Shown: piece after piece, positions 1-13,400 of the stretch | How the letters are laid out: each line of letters opens with the position of its first letter | How positions within the stretch are numbered: position 1 is the first letter of the stretch | Assembly: GCA_002633005.1 (NCBI GenBank) | Contig: NMRA01000171.1 | Coordinates: 540,669 to 604,668, forward strand | Direction: 5' to 3' | From: Phoronis australis | Taxonomy: Eukaryota; Animalia; Phoronida | Length of the DNA stretch: 64,000 nucleotides | Position numbers and translations under genes: made by a program | Notes under the pieces: generated by a model | Told to the model about the DNA's origin: nothing | What the model saw: the letters and a program-made list of their open reading frames with translations, nothing else | The model's database searches: none

Positions 1-470
1 TCTCAACAACATAATATCATTGCCAAATGTAACGAGATTCTCTTGACTTCTGTACTTTCAACGTAAAGAAAACACGTGAACATTGAAAATTCCTTTTTGG
101 TGAGTGCATTATTTTACACTACAGTACACAAAAAGTGTTATCTGATAAAATACCGCTTCTTCTGGTAATGACCCGTTCTGCTTGCTCTCGGCCATCATGA
201 TGAAGTTCCGGTTTATTTTCTCTGATTAATTGTATTAATGTTTTGAGATCTTCAGCATCTTAACCCTATTTTCCCAAGTTTCGTTGACTCAAATTATTTT
301 TTAGTTTACCAAAACATTTCCTTAAAATATGGGCACCCTTTGAGTGCTCATATGTGTGTTGACACTGCCAATATTGTGACCTGTGCAGGGATTAAGTCTT
401 AGTGAGAATAGAAAATAGAATTGAAGGAATATGTTTCAGTTTGCGCTTTGATTATGCTATGTCTTCACCA

Positions 471-805
471 CACTGGATTGAGTGGTGTTGGCAATGCCTG
501 TGAAACACTATTCAGTTCAGTGTTTCAGTGGACTGAGTGGTGTTGGCAGGGTCCATGAAACACTATTCAGTTCAGTGTTACAGTAGACTGAGTGGTGTTG
601 GCAGGGCCTGCAAAACACTATTCATTCCATCAACTTGTGTTTCAGTTGGCAGAGTGGTGTTGTTGGCAAAGCCCAATCACACACTAATTATAGTGAGTTA
701 GACTAAGTGCTGCTGGCAAGGTCTAGTGACAAAAACACCTCTCAGTCCACCTTTAGTAAACAATACACAACTGAGTTGTGATTCAGAGAGCTTTGCCAAC
801 AGCAT
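471..805. repeat. ~55-bp degenerate minisatellite (about 5 units) with an inverted partial unit
   Basis: gagtggtgttggca recurs at ~480, 535, 590, 652 and (degenerate) 705. The inverted ctttgccaacagca occurs at ~791. Confidence 0.75.
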
Positions 806-896
806 AGAATTGTTTATTAAAATGAGTTTGTAGTTGTCTAATTTAGAATCCAAAGAGTGCATTCAGCATGCCTTTAATCACATTTGCTTGTTACAG

Positions 897-1949
897 TTGG
901 TAACTCACCAGGCGGGTCATCTTATGGCAGGGAAGCCTACTTCCCTGATGCGGTAAGTGGTTAGTTAGGCTTCTTCTAGGGATGTGCTCTGCAGCAGGTT
1001 TAAAGAATGATATTAAATTTCCACTTCTTTTTTGTAAAAGAAAAACGTAAAAGGAATTTGACTAAAAACCAGTATAATTTAAACTTTTTTATGCTCTTTC
1101 AACACTTTATTAAATGTTTTCACAATAACCAGAATTAAATATGGGATATTCAAAATTATGCTTGCATTTCTGATGGTGCCTCAACAAAATGGCCACCAAT
1201 GTTGAACAACATTAAACTTTACATCTCATTAATTTCCATTAAAAATTCAAATACATGCAGGGCTGCAATTTACAAAATGTTCCTATTTTGTGACATCTCT
1301 CTGTTGACAAAATTCTATTTGTGTGCTAAACTGTTGAATGTAAAGGAAAGAATGTCTTTAGTTTATGGCAAGAGGAAGGAAATCCTGAACAATCGGGCTG
1401 CTTAAAGTTTCTAGTTTTGAACAAGAAATATCATAAATTCGTGTAGTGTGCGGCCATCCCAAAGCTTTTGAGATAGTAATGGGGTACCGTGTTCAGAGAA
1501 GGGTGCACCACGCTCAAATTAAGTGGTCAAAAAGTAGTTCTCACAGGGCAAGACTTGGATTATTTATATCTATTTTATAGGAATTTTAAATTTGAGTACC
1601 ATTCAGGTGTATGTTTATTGAACTGAATGTGTGTTATGAATGTGACCAAGAGATGGATACAATGCAGAAAATGAAGTTGTGGCATCACTCAGATTGTTAT
1701 TGAAATTTTAATTTTTATGATTTACTGGACTGGCAGCTGGGTAATTTTTGTAGTTGCTCTTCAATATCTTAAACTATCCAGGAACTGTATGTATAATGCT
1801 TGTATTTTCTTCAGCTGCTGGATATGTGGCATCCATTAGAAAAAGCTCAGTACCCAGAATATTTTGCTCGACGAGAAAAACGCAAAGCAGAATATGTCGA
1901 GAGGTGGGAACAGAAATGGGGCGTAAAGGCGGAGCCTGATCACCATTGA
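897..1949 (+). CDS. NDUFB9: NADH:ubiquinone oxidoreductase subunit B9 (B22), last two coding exons (897-952, 1815-1949); 5' part lies outside the window
   Basis: ttacag|897..952|gtaagt encodes GNSPGGSSYGREAYFPDA. tcag|1815..1949 encodes LLDMWHPLEKAQYPEYFARREKRKAEYVERWEQKWGVKAEPDHH*. SPGG and WHP.EKA.YP.YFA.RE are characteristic NDUFB9 motifs, and the phase-0 junction is in frame. Confidence 0.9.
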
Positions 1950-2242
1950 TAGACAGTTAATAGACTGTTGCTTTGTATTGGAATTAGTCTTCACTCAGAA
2001 CAGAAAGATAAATTGCAGTGGAAACCGACAAATTCTATTTTATAGTCGAAACTTAATGGTGGATTGTGCGACGTGAAGGGTTTTAATATGACATCTTTTG
2101 ATGTCAGCTAGTGTAAAAAATCCATGGAAGATTTTTTCTGTTGGAAAATTGAAGACTGAAGTGTTACAGCTGTATTCAGTTGACTGTGGCGCTGACTGCT
2201 GTCTTAGCGTGTCTGTGTGAAACTTGTTACATATTTATTGTC

Positions 2243-2248
2243 AATAAA
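2243..2248 (+). terminator. Probable polyadenylation signal of NDUFB9
   Basis: AATAAA about 295 nt after the TGA, followed by T-rich sequence. Confidence 0.5.
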
Positions 2249-4013
2249 TTTAGTTCATAAAGAAAACTTCTTCTGATTTAAAGATAACTCTTTTGTTTGA
2301 AGAGAGGCACAGTCCTTCTGTCAAAAAGTGTGCTCTTGGATTCCAATACCTCTTACGTTTTAGTTGTTTTTGTGGGCTCATTCGATTTAGCATGACGGTG
2401 TCAAAACATTCTAAAACTTGCATTTAGGTAAGCTGTATTCAACTTCTGAAGAACGTAGGAGTTTCTGTCTAGTTCATTTCATACAAGATTTTCGTTAACT
2501 TGTAATGTTTTTTGATGATAACTGCATCAAAATATTGGCTCACCAAAAATCACTAAAATTTAAGATAAGCAGTGTATTCTTTGGATAATCCGTCACTTTT
2601 AGCACCAAGGTGAAAATGAATTATTTGTTTTATCTACCAACTTCGAAAATGTACCTAACAGGACTTTGGAACGAGTGATTCTGCTGTCAGAGCAATAATT
2701 GCTTGGAAAAAAAGGTGATTACGCCTGTACCTATGCGCGCATTGCTGGAAAGTTCAATGACCTCACACACACAATACACAATCGAAACGGGAACTAGGTC
2801 ACAAGCAGACATTTTGTCTGAAAAGCAGAAATACTGTCTCGATTGCCCTGATCGGAAACCAGACCATTTGATTATTTGTGCATGGAAAGTAGAATGTAAA
2901 ACCATCATATATTTTGGAGTACGAGTGACACTTTAACTATGGACGGAATAGACTGCTTGAATTGGGAATGTTGAGTAACATATAATCAAATTAGTACTGA
3001 TAAAAAGCAAAACTAAAATGGTAGTTTATGCCATCATGAATTATTCGAGGTATGCTGTACTTTCAAAAAAAATTACTCCATATTGGTGCTGTTTTCTCTA
3101 TTCGACTTGCAACATGATAAAGTTTGCTTGGTATTATTTTATCAACTAAATAGACCTGCTAAATGGGGCATATACAGCCGACTTCACAACTTTTCGCCGT
3201 TGCTAGTGTTACACATGCATCACTAGCCAGGAAATTTTGAAATGTCCACTTCTGTCGTTTTACTGGCACTGTGAGCGACAGAATGCTGTCAGACAAGTTC
3301 AAAGAATAGTGTGACTTCCCAGTTATTTTTACATGATAGTATATCCCAAGTGGTAGTGTCATTTTGCAGTTACTGTTAATTTTCTCAGTTCAAAAGAGCA
3401 AGGACAAAGGTCTGGAATTCCCTTGCTTTACTTTGCAGTCAGTTTGTGGAGGGTTCAACTAAAGTAAAATGTACACCCGAGCTGGGTAATGATAAACAAA
3501 ACGTGTAACAAGGAGTATCTTGAATAGTTTGTACTATAAGTTAATATGCTTCTAACTTAAAATATCAGAATAAAACAAAAGTATTGTTATTCAAGATAGG
3601 TTTATTACCTCAAGCAAAGTTGACAAACAACCCTTGAGTGGTAATTTATTCTATAAAAAGTAGAATAATTCTTATTACCAGACATACATTTCTGTCGTTC
3701 AGTGGTGATTATAAAGACACTGATCTTGGAATGTTACAAAACATGGAATAAAGAAAGCAGGGACGGAAATATGAATGTTACTAACAATAAAAAAATTTAA
3801 TTTATGTTCTCTAATCTGAATCACAGTCCAAAAAATAGTTAACATTTTTATCTTAAACAACAAATTTAGCTAAAATATGCAAATTAGTGCTCCAGTATAA
3901 TAACGTTATACTCGTAATGTATGATCAAAGCAAAAAACAGTACAGTAGGCCTAATTTTGTAAATTTCAAAACCAAAAATAAATATATAAAAATCTGCCAA
4001 AACTGCTCTTTGT

Positions 4014-4400
4014 CTACTTAATGTCACACAACAAAGCCACGCCTCTGAGAATCCAGTGATCAGGGTTCTGCGTAGTTTTCAATTCGACCGGAGCGATGTA
4101 CGTCAGATCTGTTCGCTTTGGCTTCTTGTAAATAGGGCAGACGTACATCTTGGGATCATGACCGCCAGTGCTGTTAATGGCGTAAATGTGAATGACTGGC
4201 AGAGGCTCGAATAAGATCTTCGGTTTTGGCTCAATGAGCTTGCAGCCTCGTCGGTCCCAGCTAGCGCCCTCTAAGAACAGCCCGTGGACATACACTCCCT
4301 CGGTTGGCGGTTGGTTGATGTCATCCTTTAGGGAGCGCGTGACGTCATTGTGAAGGACAACTGTGTCAAGGGCCCAACCTTTGTGCGCACGCGTCACTTC
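4014..4400 (-). CDS. DNAH5: Dynein heavy chain terminal exon
   Basis: [12 protein letters not shown]...[14 protein letters not shown] with TAG at 4014-4016. Candidate AATAAA on the minus strand at 3645-3650 and 3601-3606. Confidence 0.95.
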   Translation of the reverse strand, partial: EVTRAHKGWALDTVVLHNDVTRSLKDDINQPPTEGVYVHGLFLEGASWDRRGCKLIEPKPKILFEPLPVIHIYAINSTGGHDPKMYVCPIYKKPKRTDLTYIAPVELKTTQNPDHWILRGVALLCDIK

Positions 4401-7400
4401 CTGTAAATAAAGGTATCCCACTTGTGGTTAGAAATCTGATATATGTCAAATTATTGTGCAGCTAATGTATTTAAAATGGTGAATGATATTGTTAGTAGTT
4501 TGTTTTTGTAACAAAACAAGTTATATGAACATCAACTGAGTCAACTATGGTAACAAGCACAGGATGAAAAATGTTAATTTCAATCTCACAAGCTTATTTC
4601 TGAAGCAAAATCAAGATGTTCATTGCATTTTACTTGTTGAAAACAAATTAAGAAATAATTGAGAGTATTTCAGTGCAACTAGTTTCTAAGTATACAAGCA
4701 AAAAATTGACAAAACCAGGGCCATTTTGCTCCTTAGCTTGTGCTAAATTCACACACTAAGGTTTAAAAACGTTAAAGTTTGAAACTTTAAATTCAACAAA
4801 GTAACATGTCTTTCTAACACACACACAAAAAAAACACAGACTCCAAAATGTTTAATTATTGGACTCTGTTAAATGACTCGAGAGACTGTTGGCTTCACTA
4901 CGGACCTGTCTCATGGCTGTGAGGAATCCCTGCGGGTTGAAGAATCCAGTCATCCAAAAGACATTGGGCCGGCCATCAAAGCACCAGGTATGGAATTGGC
5001 CATTGCGTTCAATGAGTTCAGTGAACCAGAAACCAAGAGTACTGGACTCCCAAGAGATCTATTGAAACAAAACAATCAAAAATGTCACTTTGTTATCAAA
5101 GCCGTACTGTATATCGCACTTAAACAAATGAACGAACTCGCATCAAAAAAATATGTTTGGTAAAAAAGAACTCAATAGACTGTATCAAAACATTTTCACA
5201 CAAATACATTCTAGATAACAAGGAAGTCTTGAATAAAACTTAAGAAGGCTTGAGAAAAGTACATTTATAATGAAATTTGTGTCAATTGAAATAACGATAA
5301 TTGCAAGACTAACTGAAAAACAGCAAACATTACCTTCTGCCATTCAGCTGGTATACGGGCATCAAACATACAGTCCAGCGCATCTCTCAGATTCTCGCTC
5401 ATGATTATGGTACCATCAATGGCCAGTTTCAGGTCTGACAAAGTCGTGCGTACTTTTGCGATCACTCTCTGCATGCGGTCGATTTCCTGTCGCAAAAAGA
5501 TGTTCATCGGTTGCAGTGGGCCCATCTTCTGCAATCGTGCTTTTACCTCGTATGGAATATAGTCCTGCGGTAGTTTGTCCAACATGTCGTCTGCCAGACG
5601 ATAGACAACAGCCTCACGAGTCTCGCCGCTACCGCCGCTGCTGTCCTTTGGCTGAATGCTGAGAATCGTGTCCAGAATATTACGCGCTGTCTTGCTCTGA
5701 TATGTGATATCGGCATTGGGGTGGAGACCAAATGCCTCAGGGGTGTCCACTGGTGGTAGTTCATTAATGAACTTCAAGTAATCATCGAGTTTCTGACATT
5801 TGGGTATGGTGTAGCCTTTATAAAAGTTGAACGTGTTCTGGAACATGTTCTCACCAAACCACACCTTGCAGAATGTATTGAGCAGACGTTTGTCATAATC
5901 GTCTGTAACGCGGCCGCCATACTGGATTTCACCAAACATGTAGCGTACGCAGACCCAGGTAACACCCTAAAAGGAAACCAGTGCATAATATAGAAACTTT
6001 CAAAACTGCTGGTGGTTGGCATTTGAACAAACAAATTTATCACAAAACAGTGTAGTTGATGGATTGTATCAAACCTGAGAAATGTTGAACTTATTAATTA
6101 TCAGTTTTCACTAATGCTCAATAGATTTCACTTAAGTGCTATAAATCAATTTCAAGTGACCCAAGAGATAGCCTCCAATCTGTATTGATTCACTTCTTAA
6201 TTAACAGTTTTCACTAATGCTCAATAGATGTCATTTCACTGCAGCGATAAATCAATTTCAAAATGACCTAAAAGATAGCCTTCAAACAGTTTACCTTCTA
6301 AATCAAAACACCTTAAGAAATAGTCTCCAATCCGTTAACATTGTTAATCAAAATAGCCTCCAATCCGTTAACATTGTTAATCAAGATAGCCTCCAATCCG
6401 TTAACATTGTTAATCAAAATAGCCTCCAAACTCCTTAATACCTTTTTAATGTCCATGTCGTCCAGATGATTCTGCACAAACTGCACACTGGCATTGAAGT
6501 CGGCTGCATTGAACTCGTAAGGAATGTTCCAGCCAAGTGGGCCGAACTTCCTTCGCTCTTGGACTGTCGTGTGGAGGAACGTGACGCCATATAGCATGGG
6601 GCGCCACTGGGGCATGTTGGACACCTCTAGGAAGTCCTGCGTCATCCCAGCATAGGTACGCTTCAACCCTGCCTTGATGCCTTGTGGCGGCTCATTGGTG
6701 AACTTGATAGATATCTGTGTGATGAAAAGAGTCAAATTAAAATATGAGAAATGGTTTTGGAATGTCATTTCATGCATTGTCTGATTTCACCGACCCTTGA
6801 AACTCGAGACAATCACTCAAGACTGACAACTGTTGACAAAAAACAGGTTAGTCCTGGAATCCTATTGCCATTGCATATTCACTCTTTGTTCTGTACATCT
6901 ATCTCATTTAATCTTCTATCCCTTGATGCTATAAACAGAGCAACCCAATGCAAAACAACACAACATAACACATGAAGTGCATATATCGCAATACCAAAGC
7001 AACATGGCAACTTAAAATAGTCAGTTTACCTGCAAGAAACTGATGGGGAACTTGGGGTGCACCTCTGTGGTGATCCATAGCCTGAAGTCTTCGTGAATTG
7101 TTTCCGACTCTGTCATGAGGTCGAGCACCTCTTGCATGTAGGTCAGACTCAGATGACAGTTCTGCATCAGCACCCAGCCCCCGTTGGCTGTGGCATTCGC
7201 CAAGTAACGACGGCAGTGCACCTCCTGGCCCTGACCCATTGAGATAGAACGACACTCTGAAACAAACAGAAAACATTACTACTGGGATATTTTGTACTCA
7301 GGAAATTGATATGTAGGTATCAAGCGGGTACATGATAGATTGAACCACGATGTAGTCCTGTGGTACTGTCAAAATGCACGTTGTCTTCATGAACTGGTGG

Positions 7401-10400
7401 ATCCTTGAAGCAACGAACCTTCAAACCAACACCTTATAACTTTAGCTTCAATCTATATAATCAGGGGTCCCGTCTAAGAAAACTAACTCAGCTAAAACAA
7501 ATCTTAAATTTGTGTCACTTTCAAGGAGTCCATTCCAAGAAAGTGATCTTAAGATTGGCTTAAGTTTTTGACTTCAGTTTGACTAACTTTCCAGATGTGG
7601 AAGTTTCAAAGTTTGGAAGCTAAGACAAATCTAAGTAAAAAATGAACTTAACTCAATTTCTTGGAACGGGCCCAAGGATAGCAAGGATTAAGAGATTACT
7701 GACATACCAACTCTAAATTAGTTGATTGAAAATGACAGTTTGACTAATTTGTAGCTGCCCAACATTTTATTATAACAGCCAGACATTAGACCAATTACAT
7801 AACTCCTCAACATATGATTGTTATTTACTGAAACTTAAAATAGTATTGAGTAAAATCGTTATCCCTTTGACATTTTCACTTCGAAAAAACAAATCCCAAT
7901 TTCTTTCACTGTTCAATACTTTTGAGATCCATAACCAAATCAAAATCCAAACAAAAAACTGTGTAATGTCAGAGCCCTAGTTTTACATGAAAGTCAAACT
8001 ATACCTAGTTTGTGTTTCTTTGCCAGTGCTTCAATATTATTGGTTGGATCAGACCCCATAGACAGCAAGCAGACGATTGGTGTACGGCAGGTACTCTCTC
8101 CCCACATCTTCTCCAGATCCAAGATGACTCCCTCAGCAAACTTGGCACCCAACGAGTCTCCTATGTACTTCTTGGACTGCGAAAGAGTTCTGTCTGGACA
8201 CCAGGATCGAATGAGTAGCAGACGTCGGAACACGTCTAAAGAGTTGTTGTAGCCATCCGGAATTATCTCCTCCTCCGGGGCTTCTTTGTCAAACCACTGC
8301 TTCCACTGTTTCTCATTTCTCGAAACCTGCAAAACCAAGCAAAGCATGTGAAATGTTCCTCACCAAAAGTAATATCAGACAAAATAGAACTTGTACATAA
8401 TGAAGCATGACTCCGTATTTTGCAAAAATGACTGGGAATGGCTGGTCCTTATGACAAAGCACTAATTATACTTTCAAATAAATTACCCATCATTGCTGTC
8501 ATGTCTGATTACTACTGTGACACTGAAGTCCACTTACGCCCAGTCATTATGATGGGGAATTCATTTACATGTGAGTGGTGAGTGGAATTAGGGGTCACAA
8601 ATAATACTTGGTATTACCATTTCTCATATTTTCTTCAGTAAAACATATTCACGAAAAGGTAAAAAAGAAATTCTCACAAAAAGAAGATAATTTGTATCAT
8701 TATAGTAAAACACCAGGAATTCAGCTGCAAGACAAGAAAGTTCTGAATCATAGATTCTTTAAAATATACCTGCTCAAGAATTCCAGAGAACTGATGGAGG
8801 TTGCTGAGTTCGACCAAATTAAGCCATGTGAGATCCAAGATCCATTTACAAGGCTTTGGTTGGACAACGTTCAAATCTAGTGCGGCACCACCTAAAATAA
8901 CGACCATGTATCAATGACCATGTATTAGTGACCATGTATTAGCTAGAACAAATGTTCTACAGTTCGCCAAAACAATGACTTTTAGTAGACAAAACTATTT
9001 TTATTCTACGAAAATTCACTATATTTTGCAATTTCCGTTTGAAATGTCATCACAACCGTACAACAATTGGAACAGTACAATCCCACCAAATTCGAACAAA
9101 AAATACATGTCGAAATTATCCTTTTTTCAATTTTCAGTAAAGCCCTCTAACATTGTGAATACAGCCTATCATTTCACAGAACATGAATTTAGGCCAGCAA
9201 TACTCGTATAAAATCTAAAACTGATAAAGCAGTTATATGATGCTACTTAGCTTTCATAAACAATTAACAGACAAAATCACACAATGTTCGTCATATTGTG
9301 TCCTAAATTGGTCCAACATTTTATTGTAATTAGTATTACAGTGGAAGCAAAAATTTTTAAAGCTAGCTAGGGGAGAGGCTTTAGTGACAACCCTGTACGC
9401 ACCTTTTATGAACGTCTGGAACTCCTCGTGTCTAACCTTGTTAGACTGAAGGTCAATCTTCAAGGTCAACATGAGTGTAAACAACAATTTGTGTTCCTCA
9501 TAGAGGCCACGGACGCCATACTTGAACACCTCATAGGTCATGAACTCAATGATGTTTTGGATTCGCTTCTGTGGAATGGGCGACTTCTGGGACCTGCAGG
9601 ATATGAGACATCGAAACGTAGTTATTTATAATTAAGAGAAAAAACTACTTCTAAGTTAATTATGAGTCAAATGTTAAACATACAATGTGAACAAAGATTT
9701 TTACTGCAGCATTGTTTACTACAACTTAGAATGAATGAAATTTACTATAATCTGACGAGTTATGAGTTAAAGGGCATGTAAACTAGTAGTATAGCATACA
9801 CAATTAGAGTATAACAAGGTGCCAAATTCAAACCACACTCCAAAATATTAAGATAATCAAAGACATTTAAGGTGTCAATATCACAATTACCTATTTGACA
9901 TAAACATAATATTTACCAAATTTGTAAGATTTATCAAGTGATAAACATTTAGTCACTGATAGGCTGTTTTCCATTTCTTGCACAAAACAGACAGATGGGG
10001 GTCTAATCGTTCTTACTCAAGATTGAACTCTACAATATTTTTGTCATTTTCTTTCGGTTTTACTTTTTATGAATGCGATATAAATGTCTATCATTCTGTG
10101 CTCAAGTACATTCTGGTTTATGCAAACGAGATTCTAGTCTAACTTTGTACTTGATGATCCCTAGATCTAAATTTTGAGTTCAGACTTGAATTTTTAGCCT
10201 TAATGTTGGGGCCATTAAATGCAAACTAGAAATGGGTAGTTATCCATGTGAACCAGAATAACAGACACTTATCTTAAGCTCGCACAAAACTAGAACATGC
10301 TTTCAAAAAAAAAATGATTAGACTCTGAATCTTAGAATTATCAATTGAAAATCAGCTCTGAAGTCTCGTTCATCTCACAGAACCACATAGTTCCCTAGCC

Positions 10401-13400
10401 AATTCTCACCTCTCCATGGATAAATCAAACAGTCCCAAGAACTGACGGAGTGACGTCTGGTACATAATGTTCACCATGCTCATGTCAGTGATCAAGAAGT
10501 ACAGGATACTCCCCCTAGTGGCCACTGGCCGGAACTCCTCCCTGGCAGTGTTGATCTTGGCTTCAGTGTCAGCAGCAATGACTAGCTTCTGACTGACATC
10601 TTGTGCTGTCACCTTAATACAAGTAAGTACAGACAATGTTAATGAGATATTTCCCACACACGGAAAGTAAGAAAGTATATCATTATTTTTACAACAGAAA
10701 AAGTAGTCAACAACAATCTTTCATCAGATAATAAACTTGTGGGTTTGGAAAGAACTGAGAGTTCATTTTTGCTTGCCAGACCTCAATCAGTTGGCTTGTT
10801 ACGTCAGAAAGCAGTAAAGAAGTGGTCGAAACTAAGATTGAAAGAAGGCAAGCCTTAATGCAGTTTTGACAATTGCCAAGTCAGATGTGAAAATATACTG
10901 AAAAAAATAAAGCACAACAGAAAAAAGTAGATTCACCTATAAGTAAAATAAAATTTAAAAATCTAAAACATTCTGGCCATTACTAAAATGTCATCAGATC
11001 TCCGACAAAATGAAAAGAAGTTCTAGTTCTCTAAATAAGCTTATGACTGAGAGTCGGAGCAGACCAAGTTCGTGGTAAAGTTCAAAACATGTTACCTTGG
11101 TAACCTGCAGCACATTGATCAAGTCCTCATCGTCCACTAGTGATCCCTGTGTACTGGTCAGCCTGTACAACAAGTTGTCCTCTAGCTCCTTCATCTTACG
11201 CTTGTTACTGGTCACGTCTTCCATCAGCTTAGTACGCTCACTCTCAAGCTCCTAAAAATCCAACAATTAGTTTTAACTTTAACTCGTTAAAAATTTCAAG
11301 GGCATCAAATCAGGCCAATGACCATTACTTGATATCGCAGCAACATCTTTAAATATGCTATCGTGTAAGAGGGCAATAGGATATCTTAAATTATTTGAAA
11401 TCACCACACCATTAAATTGCCACAAAATGCAGCTGAATGACCAAATGACTACAAACTAAGCAAAAAAAGCAAACATCACAAATCGACTTGCAACCCACAG
11501 TCTGGAGACTGAGGTAAAGTGGAGGTTGCTTTCACACATACACCATGCCAAAATATGGCAGACGTTCAGTAATAAATTGCGAAGACAAATGGACGTTAAA
11601 CACAAAATTGTACATACCGCTTTCTCAGTCAAAATGACACGTCCGAGTAACTGGTCTTCCAGTCCCTTCATGGTGACTGTGAAGTCAATGATTGATGTTC
11701 TTGCCGAAATCTCTGGTGTGTAGGACGGGTTTGGCAACTTTGTCGTAAGGAACAGCTTGAAACCATCCATGACATCGCATTCCTTGTCACCGACCTTGAC
11801 CTTCAGAGTCTTACCAGATTTGATGAAGTTCTTCTCAAAGATATTGTCTAAAGCAGGATCCAGCTCCTCACCAATGTCTTCAATAAGTAATGGTCTACCG
11901 AGGGAGAGGGCATCCTCAAGATGGTTGCGGAAATATTTGTGGTTTAAGTTTGTTATCTGAAAAACAAAGAATTTGGCTTGTAACAGATTAATTTTACAAA
12001 AGAAAATAATATTTTTACACGATGTGCATGGAAAATAAAACGACTCGTACATTTTTAAATTAAAGAGAATAGTGAACAAATTTCATGTTGGGCATCAAAT
12101 GTAGAATTCAAACAATATAGAATGTGCAGATCCAGGTGACATAGACTCCTATGCTCAGCTACTTTTACATAGAAGATAGCACACACTAGGAGACTCCCTT
12201 GTTGGACCAATGGATTGGACGATCATGGATCTGCGCCTGTGTCTCTCTTATTAATATTCCCAAATTTCCCGTAAGTCACTGCCTTCTTTGCACATACCTG
12301 CAACTCGTTGGGAGTCTCCCTGTTCTTGATCCATATTTTACCCTGACCCTGAGGGTCAATGAGAAGTGGATAACGTGCTGCCTGAGTAACAATGATACCA
12401 TTCTGTACAGACAGGTCATCTTTTGGGAGACCCTGTAGGTTCCACTCTCCCACCTATGGAGATAAAATCACAAACCAATGAAAGAACAGTAACAGGTGGA
12501 AATGAAATACAAGACATATTTAAGAATTAAAGGGAATTTTAAATAAAAATAAAACACAAAATAAACAGTTTTGCAATGTGAAATTTAGGTTTCACAAAAT
12601 TAATGCAGTCAATGCTGCTAATTTGCACAAGACTTGTGATTGCAAAAAGTATAATGACTCACAGTATCAGTGTGAAACCATTGATATCTGCTGTGAGATA
12701 CCTAGATTAGAGTTATTTAACATGTAGATGACACTTTGGCAGGAAAATATGATGTGCATACTGCGATGTTATATAAAGATGCTTGAATGCATGGTTTGAT
12801 CCATTGTCTAATATAGGGATGATAAGCAAAATGACGATTTAAGATAATGGGATATACTGATACATGTTCTTGGTTATTATTTCACTTATAAAGAACCGTT
12901 GTGAGATTTGAAGAATTATCATCCTCAGGGCTAGCAACCCTCATACAATACATCTTCGAAACCCAATTCGAGGTCTAGATACAGGAAACTAGAGCCTCAC
13001 AATGTATTGAAACTAATTTGACATTAATATTCATACCAAAGTGAAATCTCTAGATAGTACAATTTTGATAGTGCCAAATGCAAAGGAAGCCACTGTTAGC
13101 CAAACATGGATGTCTACAGTGCAATGCAATGCTATTTCCAACAGATAAAATTAATTTCAAAAATGTTTTCCTTTAACGTCCCTTCTCTCACAACAAACAA
13201 CATACCATAGTTGGGTCGACCAACATGTTGGTGATGTTTAGACTGGATGTGAATGGAATACGACGGGTCTTCATATCCTTTTGCCAGCTTTTGTTGAGGA
13301 GCGTCCGGAAGTCCTGGTTGAATGGACCAGAGTAGGACAGGAAGGCTGTACACAGCAAGACGTCACCCACCAATCTGTTGACAGAAACGGACTACATTAT

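Noticed and set aside
1-105. Possible upstream NDUFB9 exon ending TTTTG|gtgagt at ~99
   Set aside because: The phase-1 frame needed has a TGA five codons upstream and shows no NDUFB9 motif.
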